Source of the DNA: Haliotis rubra | Taxonomy: Eukaryota | Length of the DNA: 64,000 bases | Reading direction: 5' to 3' | Assembly (NCBI RefSeq): GCF_003918875.1 | Contig: NW_025765192.1 | Coordinates: 1,922,001-1,986,000, forward strand | Shown: one piece after another, positions 12,101-21,469 of the stretch | Layout: each line of letters opens with the position of its first letter | How positions within the stretch are numbered: the first letter of the stretch is position 1 | Notes under the pieces: generated by a model | Seen by the model: the letters and a program-made list of their open reading frames with translations, nothing else | The model's database searches: none | Told to the model about the DNA's origin: nothing | Position numbers and translations under genes: made by a program

Positions 12101-15100
12101 AGTGTTGCTGAAAGTGTGATCGCAAACATGTCGCAGTGATTATGAACAACTACCCTTCCCGGCAACAGAACAAACTACCTGTTTCAACTATCCATCAGAA
12201 CAATAGATCAAGAACCCCAGTCACCTCAGCACCATGCCACACCAGTGAGTGAGGAGAAAATAGTATATCTAACGTAGTAGTCAGTAATGTTATCTTTATC
12301 ATGTTTATATATACTCGACTCTGAGCTAAGCAATTTAGTACAAGTGAGCATATTTTATCACATACCCCGCCCCCCTCAAACCCCAAGCGACTACCGAGAC
12401 AAAAATCTTACTATGTGTCGGGAAACATTTGTACAGTTTATTGACTTTCCAGGCATCTACATAACTGAGGTGGTCTCTCTGTCCCAGAGCGGATTTCGTA
12501 GGCCTGACTGTCCTTATGGTCTCCTGTCCGTTCCTGGAGAAGGCCGTCGCTGAGTAGTGCATGATGCTGCCCGTAGTCGTAGGGGGCGCCTAGGACGTCC
12601 ACGTCGCTGATAGTGAACTTCTCAAAATTAAACTCTCGACCTGTTATATGATGCAAGTGTAATGGAATAATACTGCATTTGAAAGTCGTGTGTAACATAG
12701 CGATGACAGTTTCACAAATTATAGTGTCTGGCCATACGAATCCTATTTGTCTGACATTAGGGACATCTAGATGAACAACTTCATAGTTTGTTATACGATT
12801 GTTTTCCACAAAGGCCCACTTATCTCACGAAATGTATGCCTTCGAAAGGAACACGCCAAATGCATGTACTTCAACCATGTCATGATACAGGGGTCAGCTT
12901 TGTAAATCTTTAACGTGAAACTTAGATGAGCATTGGAACTGGACACACGTCCAGGGTGACATGGAATTTAAACCACGGCAGATGTCTTTATTCAAATTTT
13001 GAATGAGAACTGTATGAATTGAATAAACGACACCGCTACAAGAAGCAAGGTATCTATGAGTACACCATGGCTCTGTGTGATGTACATAGTAAGGGTTATA
13101 TAAATGACTTAAAACGTTGTCTATGTAACACTGTTCTACCTTCCTTGATGTTGTCCCAGATGATCTGGATAAAGGAGTCTCTGTCAGATCTATTCTGTTC
13201 ATGCCAAAACCCCAGGGCGTGCATGATCTCGTGGATGGCCGTGCCCTTGGTCAGACAAGGCTTGCCCACCGTGAGCTCCTGCTGGTCACCGGTCCGGCCC
13301 ACAGATGAGTAGCATCTGCAGTGGCGAGAGAACAAGTTGTAGATCTACCTTTACAGCAACCCTTAATATATTTCAAAAATGTGAGTAATACGAGTGAGTG
13401 AGTTTAGTTTTACGCCGCATTCAGAAATATTCCACCTATATATCGCTCGTGTGTAGATAATCGAGACTGGACCAGACAATCCGGTCATCAACAGCATGAG
13501 TATCGATCTACGCAATTGGGATACGGTGACATGTGTCAACCAAGTCAGGAGCCTGACCACCCGATTCCGTTAGTCGCCTCTTACGCCAAGCATGTGTTAC
13601 TGAAGATCGATTCTAACCCGGATCCGAATTTTAGAAGTGCAGGAGTAGAATGGACGTTGTTTTAATATCACTGGATAAAAGCAGTTTCAACAGTTTGAAA
13701 TGTTTACAATGACCTCCTCAAAGTGCGCCTAAAATAAGCAACATATGAAATGTTTAAAACTGGTTTTAGTTTTAGCTGACCGGGTGAACCCACAATAAAA
13801 TTATATAGTCGAAAGGTAACATCCCACTTATCAACATACATTACTTTTTGTTACTGAAGTCCCGTGAAGATGCGGGTTAGAATTGATCTTCAGTAACCCA
13901 TACTTGTCGTAAGAGGCGACTAACGGGATCGGGTGGTCAGGCTCGCTGACTTGGTTGACATGTCATCGTATCCAAATTGTGTAGATCGATGCTCATGCCG
14001 TTGATCACTGGATTGTCTGGTCCAGACTCGATTATTTACAGTCCGCCGTCATATAGCTGGAATATTGCCGAGTGCGGCGTAAAACTATACTCACCCACTC
14101 ACTCAATCGTTACTGAAATGCGTTAACGGGTTAGCTGTAACTGCCTCTCCTAAAAATTTACACTTCTATAAATCTTTGTGAAATCATAAAGTTTGGCGAT
14201 TCTAATGGAAGTATGTGTACATTAGGTCTGTGGTGGATAGCAATGGCTGTGCCACATTGTGAATAAATAAAGCCATCACAAAAATGTGTTAAACTGAATT
14301 ACGCGTATATAATGTCCGTTACCCTTTGTGTTGCACGAAGTATATATAATCTTCTTCTTCCTTCCTGGGAACAAACCGCATGCATGTTTTGTTGTGGAAT
14401 TCTGCCATCGCCTCCATAATGGCTCTCACTTCATCAGAGTCTGTGATGATAGAAAATAACAAAATACTGCAGATCTATGGTTCTATGAAACGTGGTTGGT
14501 TGTTATATAAATTGATTCGCTGCCTGATAGTGCTGATCTCATATGTATGTTCGCCAAAATTTGAACATGACATGTCCTACCATGGCATCCGTCACAAGTA
14601 CATGCAAAGCCAAGTCAATTGTTCACCGGAAAAAGAACATCATTAAAAATGTGGAAGTGTGTTCCTCGCCTTGACATATCGAGAAAGTTGCTTTTCTGGA
14701 TATGATTTAGACTTCATTTGCTGAAACAGCTCTACTGACCATATCTCGAATCCATGGTGTAAGGTATGGTGGTGTCTGGCCACAGGCGGGACCGGTCAAT
14801 CACAGCTGTTCGATACTGAAACGTATCGGATGTTTGGTTAGTCCTCTATACTCAAATATCTCACATTGCAACCAGGCAATACTTCATAGAGGGCGTTGTG
14901 CCATCTAACTATTACTACTTTACGCTTTTACTTATGAGTGATACGTGCTTATCGGGTAGAGAAGTGAGTCGAGTTCAGATCGATATTTGACATTACACCA
15001 CGAAAATGCCAATGAACAATTATAAGCGTTGCGTGTAACCTTACAACTACTAGCTACAATATGAACTGTTATGGTATGCCTATACATAGGTTTCCAACCA

Positions 15101-16161
15101 CGCACACGCGAATAGCACAGAGCTTGACCACGCAGACAGTGCCACATATACGAGTACGATGTACACCGTACTATAAATGTCACTATACAAAGCATGAATG
15201 TTGTTGATTGCGACATAAAATGACATCCACTCATTCACTAACTTACTCGTGGAGGCAGAGACTTGATATCTCCCTCGAACAGATTGACACCATTCGCTGT
15301 AGCAAAAATATGAAATGAACATTACAACACTACAGACAATGTAAGCACAATGAGTACGCCCAATGATGCGTTTGCTGTTTCCTACTGTTAATGCCTTTGA
15401 GGTACCATGGCAGATCAACTTTAACTATTCACATCACCCTAATATTAAGAAAACAGTAATGCATGGGTAATTACATGGTATTTAAGGTAGGTCAATGGTC
15501 CTACTAATTGGGATAGTGACTGCGATATGATTTAGATTTTACGAGTGGTACGCATACTCCTGTATTCAGCGACAGAGTTACCTTTGCGCTATACAGTGCC
15601 CGTTGCATCACGAGGTGTGTTTACTGTGTGATGTTGAACGTACCTTCATTAGCCGCTAGAATAATGTCGTGCGCCGTTGAATACCTTGTGTCAACCTGTG
15701 TGTTGTCCACTGAAAATATATGACACGGTAAAGTCAGATGGGAGTCTCGCCATATCGAGAATGACTGTTAAGCCAGATATTTGATACTATCATTTTTTCC
15801 GAAAACAACAAAATTTCCAGTTTTCCAGAATTATATGTATTGTCACAGTAACATTTCCTTCGAAGAGAATACTACAACATGTTTAAGGACACCTACCCTC
15901 ATTAGAAACATCAATCGGCCCATGGTCCAACATTGCCTAAAACAAAGAATCGTTGTTCGTTGGAATACGATGGTACATGTTTCTATGTTGATTTTAAGTT
16001 TTACTCAAATTAAAATTTCCTGTAAGTTTTTAGGATTACTGAACATGCTTAGGTCTTCAGCTACATAGTTCACGTAAGATGTTCCTTTAAATTACCTTGC
16101 TGTTGATGCGGTTGACCAATGCTACGAAACACGCTGCTCCGATAATTAGACGGTATGTCAT
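3137..16161 (-). CDS. Secreted astacin-family (M12A) zinc metalloprotease with TSP1, WSC-like, TSP1, CUB and sushi/CCP domains; ~720 aa if one apparent extra base is removed
   Basis: Phase-consistent GT-AG exons in transcription order: 16096-16161 (MTYRLIIGAACFVALVNRINSK, signal peptide), 15897-15936, 15644-15709, 15247-15296 (NLFEGDI prodomain motif), 14740-14815 (RTAVIDRSRLWPDTTIPY), 14323-14440 (TCMRFVPR), 13140-13315 (CYSSVGR..HEIMHALGFWHEQNRSDRD zinc motif), 12412-12640 (YDYG/SIMHY Met-turn, +1 frameshift at ~12570), 11703-12008 (Pro/Thr linker + WSPC TSP1-like), 8204-8491 (WSC-like), 7346-7519 (TSP1), 5977-6158 and 4905-5073 (CUB), 3137-3360 (sushi + TAA). The lengths sum to 2163 nt (721 codons) after removing 1 nt. 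A probable upstream exon ends at the donor at 16810. Confidence 0.9.
8572..10845. repeat. 28-bp minisatellite, ~80 copies, in an astacin intron
   Basis: Unit AGATGCAGGATAAACATGACCCTTC(TTG/CTC/TTC). The ends are regular and the middle is rich in indels. Confidence 0.98.
11497..11680 (-). mobile_element. SINE family B (pseudoknot-headed), near full length
   Basis: The reverse complement starts ACCCGTGAAGATCCGGGTTAGAATT..GTCGTAAGAGACGAC; the body matches the copy at 13859. Confidence 0.85.
13391..13625 (-). mobile_element. SINE family B
   Basis: Reverse complement of the family B body with a (ACTC)n tail at 13391-13403. Confidence 0.88.
13859..14108 (+). mobile_element. SINE family B, full length with TSD
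   Basis: TSD GTTACTGAA at 13850-13858 and 14109-14117. Tail GCTGGAATATTGCCGAGTGCGGCGTAAAAC..ACTCAC. Confidence 0.92.
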
Positions 16162-16343
16162 CCTGGATAATCTGTGGAGGGGCTGTATTCTAGAAAACAT
16201 GTATAATACGGTGTTAAATGTAATGTTTATATTGACCCCTGTGCATCAGATTACTATAGGATGGAACCCTGAAGTAATGCCCCTTGTAATGGTATATCAC
16301 GTCGTTTAAACCAACACATACTGGCATGGTACTGCCATTAAAA

Positions 16344-16628
16344 ACGTCATACCAAAAGACGTTAAAATATGGTACATGTACTTGTTGGTCCCTGCCTGGC
16401 GCTCGGCATTAATGGGTACAACAAGGACTGGTCGGCTCGCAGTCAGTATAATGCGTCTGAGTGGGGTATTCATGCTTCACTGCGGAATGGTATCTCAGTG
16501 GGCTAGCACTAGAAAACCAGCTTCAGTCTGGGCTAGTACAAGCAGCCGCACATACACATACACGCGCATGCACGTCGTCATATGAGCGAAATATTCTCAA
16601 GCACGACATAAAACCCAATTTCACCTCA
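16344..16628 (+). mobile_element. SINE family C, 5'-truncated
   Basis: The body matches the copy at 56010; TSD CCATTAAAA at 16335-16343 and 16629-16637. Confidence 0.82.
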
Positions 16629-17261
16629 CCATTAAAACAATCATAATGAGACCAAATCGTGGATTTGAACCCACTGTGAGATGATCCTGTCACCTTTGGA
16701 GAGTGCTATACATACGCATTGCAACAGATATAGGAAAATAATCAAATTACGTTACATGTCATCAATGAAAGAACTTTTCTTACACCACTATCAAAACAAG
16801 ATCACATACCTTGTAGTGTTATAACATTTCCAGTCTTCCACAACGTGCATGCATTTTACACTGCTTACGAATAGAATATTCTACCTCAACACATTTCAAA
16901 GGAAATACACGTGCAATATATACTAAGATCCCGTTATGTGGCGTGATCATTGGCTCATTTGTCTCCTCCAGCTCTTATGGAGGTTGCCCCACGCGGGGGC
17001 ATTCCTGCGTCACCCAGGCAGTTATCAATGAATTATAACATGGTCTCGCAATTATGAATAGAACCCCCCGGTATGGAAAGCATGAAGTATTGCTTTAGTG
17101 ACGTTAACTGTGTAATAAAACATTGTTTGTATCGCCGTCTTTCAACAATTACAAATTGTGAATTCGAAGTATTTTTGTGCTGTTGTGGTGGAACATGATC
17201 TCCCACGTGAGTTAAGTCTTTTGGTAATAATTAATGTTCTCTTTCTTCGCAACATGCTTTT

Positions 17262-17340
17262 TGTGTGTGTGTGCGTGCGTGCGTGCGTGTGTGTGTGAGA
17301 GAGAGAGAGAGAGAGTGTGTGTGCGTGTGTCCGTGTCTGT
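17262..17340. repeat. Compound microsatellite (TG)n(GCGT)n(GA)n
   Basis: Read directly from the sequence. Confidence 0.95.
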
Positions 17341-17478
17341 GTAATTGGTTGTCTAACCTATTAGGACATATGTTACGATTTTAACACTGTTGGCTTAAAG
17401 TTTCTTTGATCATTATTTCTTCTCACTGTATAAGAAAAGCTCAGAGCGGCAACGCGGTAAGGGGTAGAAATTTCCATT

Positions 17479-17481
<3 letters not shown>

Positions 17482-17515
<34 letters not shown>
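17482..17515. repeat. (CA)n microsatellite
   Basis: About 16-17 perfect CA units. Confidence 0.97.
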
Positions 17516-17516
<1 letters not shown>

Positions 17517-17784
17517 TGGTGTGTGGTTGTGACACATTGGGTCTTATGAACAGGAGGACTCCATGAATTGAACCATCAATCAGGCGATGCTTAATAAGGA
17601 ACGCAACTCCTCACGGTGATTTGTTGTGAGTCGATCGTACGCCACTGTATATTTCATGAGACAATACCAAGCGAGTAGAGGCACAAGAGTATTGATCAAG
17701 ACGTTTCGCAATCCTGAAGTCAAGTTACTCGTGAACGCTATACAGATACCATATAATAACGGACCACACTTACTGATCGCATGA

Positions 17785-17949
17785 GGGGTGGTGGGGTAGC
17801 CTAGTGGTTAAGCGTCCGCTCGTCACGCTGAAGACCCGGTTCGATTCCCTACATGGGTACAATGTATGAAGCCCATTCCTGGTGTCCCCCGCCGTGATAC
17901 TGCTGGAATATTGCTAAAACCGGCGTAAAACCCAACTCACTCACTCACT
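17785..17949 (+). mobile_element. tRNA-derived SINE family A (~165 bp)
   Basis: A-box TAGCCTAGTGG, B-box GGTTCGATTCC, tail GCTGGAATATTGCTAAAA..GGCGTAAAAC..(ACTC)n. Confidence 0.9.
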
Positions 17950-18599
17950 CTGATCGTGTGACCACAGAAACACGATGCCGCGGTCATCTTGAGCTACGGG
18001 AGTTCAGATACAGTACGAGATGCGAGGTAACAGCGCATTTGCGCTCATAAGAAAGTGAAGACACAAACAAGCTTTTTCAAGGTGTTCAACGTTCAACATA
18101 TATGCTGCAGTTACAAATACTCATATTTAACACGAGTACATAATTCAGTACATTTTGTTGAATATTTCTGTGCTTTAGTCACGAACAATAGTTTATTAGA
18201 GCAAATTGGGGGCACGTACGCGTGAAGGTCCCGATTAGAATGAATCTTAATTCAACTATTATGTGGCAGTTTTATTCATTGTGTAACAATTCCGAATGTA
18301 ATACATTGTACCTGTTGGCATACAGTAAGGGGACAGTGGTGTGCTTTATATTTAGACTTGTGGTAGATTTGTACAGGATTTTGGAAGGTACTACAAACCC
18401 GTGCGCCTTTCCACTGTATTCTGACCTGGAGAGTTGGTGAATCTTCAAGAGTATTTTTCTTGGGTATACAAGGGGAGAGCTAACTCTTGCCTCTCATCTC
18501 CCATTACAAGTCTCAAATTTTATTCCGTAGTTTAGGCCACATGGCCCATAGTACAATTGTGTTGCAAGATATTTCAATCGTCGTCACATGACCATAATT

Positions 18600-18870
18600 A
18601 CATTAAGAAGATCTTAAGCTAAATATTTTTAGCAGATATATAGATGTTAAACGTAATATATTTACATCATGTGTGTAATATTTGTTGCAAAGTTAATCTA
18701 ATTTTACAATATTTTTTGATGGACAAGAAGTATTCATTACGGAGTAGAAAATATCTATTACAGATAAAGAAAACACGGTATTCATTTTCTACAACATTCA
18801 TATCACAGTGCAAACAAATTGATTCTATATCAGAATTATCATTGACTTTCTTTTTACGTTGTTGATTCAC
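18600..18870 (-). mobile_element. LINE (CR1/L2/Daphne-type) ORF2 C-terminal fragment
   Basis: SICLHCDMNVVENEYRVFFICNRYFLLR resembles the C-x2-C..E.EYH...C..Y...R motif at the end of non-LTR ORF2. Confidence 0.6.
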
Positions 18871-19000
18871 CCTGAAATCATGAAGATTTACCCTTTTCTC
18901 CCATTACATTTCAAGTTACAAGAACACCTGCATTTTGTGGAGGTCATTCTTACCCTGGATATACAGCTTACCATAATTGTCTTTAGTCACTGATTTTGTA

Positions 19001-19240
19001 CCCGTGAAGTTCCGGGGTAGAATGAGCCTTCAGTAACCCATGCTTATCGTAAGAGGCGACTAACGGGATCGGGTGGTCAGGCTCGCTGGGTTGGTTGACA
19101 CATGTCACCGGTTCTTAATTGCACAGATCGATGCTCATGCTGTTGATGATCACTGGATTGTCTGGTCCAGATTCCATTATTTACAGCCCGCCGCCATATA
19201 ACTGGAATATTGCTGAGTGCGGCGTAAAACTAAACTCACT
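19001..19240 (+). mobile_element. SINE family B, full length with TSD
   Basis: TSD CACTGATTT(T)GTA on both sides; starts CCCGTGAAG. Confidence 0.9.
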
Positions 19241-20814
19241 CACTGATTTGTATTGTTCGGTTTTTGAATTTGTATTGCCACGCTATTTTGTAGCGCCACT
19301 GTAATACCTTTGTAGGGATTTGAATTAATTTATAAACTATAGTTAATTTTATCAAATTTCTTTGTTTTCTGTTAGCTTCACATTTCTTATTTGGGCTGAT
19401 TTCCGATACACTTCTGCATTAGTTTCAACTTGACAATCAAAACGTCACACAACCTATGCTTGTCGCAAGAAACGACTAACGGGAACTGGTGGTCAAGCTA
19501 TTTTACAAAAAAAATATCATTTTTATTTAATCTGTCCTTGTTTCGAAGAACAGAAACATCTGTATACCTTAAATGACCCAATATTCCGAATTTTGTCTTG
19601 TTACGAGGACAACTATTCACTAAATTAGTTTAAAAATAACTGCCTTTTTGTAAACTTATTATGCGAAAATTTCGATAAGTGGGTTAACATCTATCTTATC
19701 ATTTCATGTATTTCTTTTGTTGCAACATTGAATGTCCTCTGAATGCCATTGTATTTTGTACTTGTATTTGTATAGTGTGTGTGTTCTTGTATAGCATGGA
19801 CTACGGCCTGAAAGTAATCAAGTTCAGTTCAGTTGATGCATGTTATGGTATCCCAAATGATCGAAGCTCGTGATGTCAATCACTGGATTGTCTGGTCCAG
19901 ATTTATCCTATACAGACCGCCGGTAAATATTTTGAATACTGCTGAGTTCATCATTAAAACAACAAACAAAGGCATTGGGGACTTTGACGACAAAGGACAT
20001 GGTTTATGCACACATATGCTGTTCTTGCCAGGAAGCTGCATTAATTTGACGTCGTCTTCCTCACCATCCGAGTAACACCCCGGTTCGGCTAGACACATGT
20101 GTATGTTGTTTAAAGCGACAGCAGAAATATTCATATAACAGCGGTCTGTAAATTATCTAGCCTTGCAAACGTTGTTGTGTGGGTGGAATTTCTACGAGTG
20201 GCACATGTTGCCTATAGCCAGTGATGTTTGTAAACCACCGTAAACATCAAGTTAAAGTTCACTTCCTATCACCACATATACAGTATTCTGGTTCTGGGAG
20301 TGCTTGTTAAAATCTAAGAGAATATGCCAAATGTGTTTCACGAAAGTTATAAGTGGTTATTGGTTTTTCAAATAGTGGGATCCTATATGACATTCACTAC
20401 ACATCCAGAAATTATAAGTAAGTACATTACCATAGATCTATAAGCTCTCGAAGCATTTGTACATGTTTTCGACACATTTTTGTTCTAATTAAACACTGTT
20501 GCGTGATTAATTATTCAGTGATACGTAATCATGGTACTATGTCAGTGCGACCTTTAAAGATCCATATATGCATTTATTTGATGAATTCAATTTTTATACC
20601 AAATATTTGTTTGCCAAGAAAACAAATCACCACAACCATGATTTCCTTATGGGTAAATTACATCTTGTGAAGATCGATGTGGCTGTGCTTAGGTTTACTG
20701 TTGGTAGGGTTACTCTCTAGTACTCCGCCCTTTAAGAAACGGCAGTTACTCTATCACCCATTGCACTAAAAAGCTTGCATTAGGCCAGTCTCTTCTGATT
20801 TCAGAATGCGCGTT

Positions 20815-21340
20815 TGTTTACAAACAAGAGAAAAAGTCCAGTCACGTGATATGCAAATTAGCATGTTCTGGTATTCCTTATACACATATTGTGTGAACTA
20901 AAGAGCTACGAGTTGAGTGTGTGCCAATTTGTTTTGGCTGGCATCCCATGACGGAGGACGATAGAATTCCTAGCTCAGAAACTTTGTGGCTAATAAAATT
21001 AAGTTCTACACTCCTGACATCAAGAAAAATCTACCCGAGAAAGGTTTCCTCAGCGGAACCAGTCTCCCTGGCGGGACGTATCGACCTTACACTACACAGT
21101 GCAATACAAAGTACCTTTTTCATGTTTTACTTCTTTTGAAAACTGTTTATTCTAGTTTTTCTCCTGTAATTATTATGAGTGTTTTATAATCAACCAATAA
21201 ACCATTCAAATGGCAATGCAATGTGCGTACAACAGTTTAAATAGTTTATACCGATGTGAAGATAATGTTTTGTGCGTGTAGTTTTGAGAGTTATGTGCCC
21301 TTGTCTTCCTCTATGACGTCAGTTAAGATGGACCAATCAA
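20815..21340 (+). promoter_or_regulatory. Candidate WIPI2 promoter with CLEAR/E-box, octamer, FOXO-like, CRE and CCAAT motifs
   Basis: TGTTTAC at ~20815, GTCACGTGAT at 20841-20850, ATGCAAAT at 20851-20858, TGACGTCA at 21314-21321, CCAAT at 21333-21337; the ATG is at 21470. Confidence 0.5.
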
Positions 21341-21469
21341 CGAGCCTGTAACAAAGACGTTCGTCTGTAGTTATTGTCAGCTTTATGGCCATCTCTGTTT
21401 TGCTTGTGACAGCGGAGAGGCAAAACGGACTACATCTACAATACTGTCTCTTCGGGCGTCTCTGGCCTA

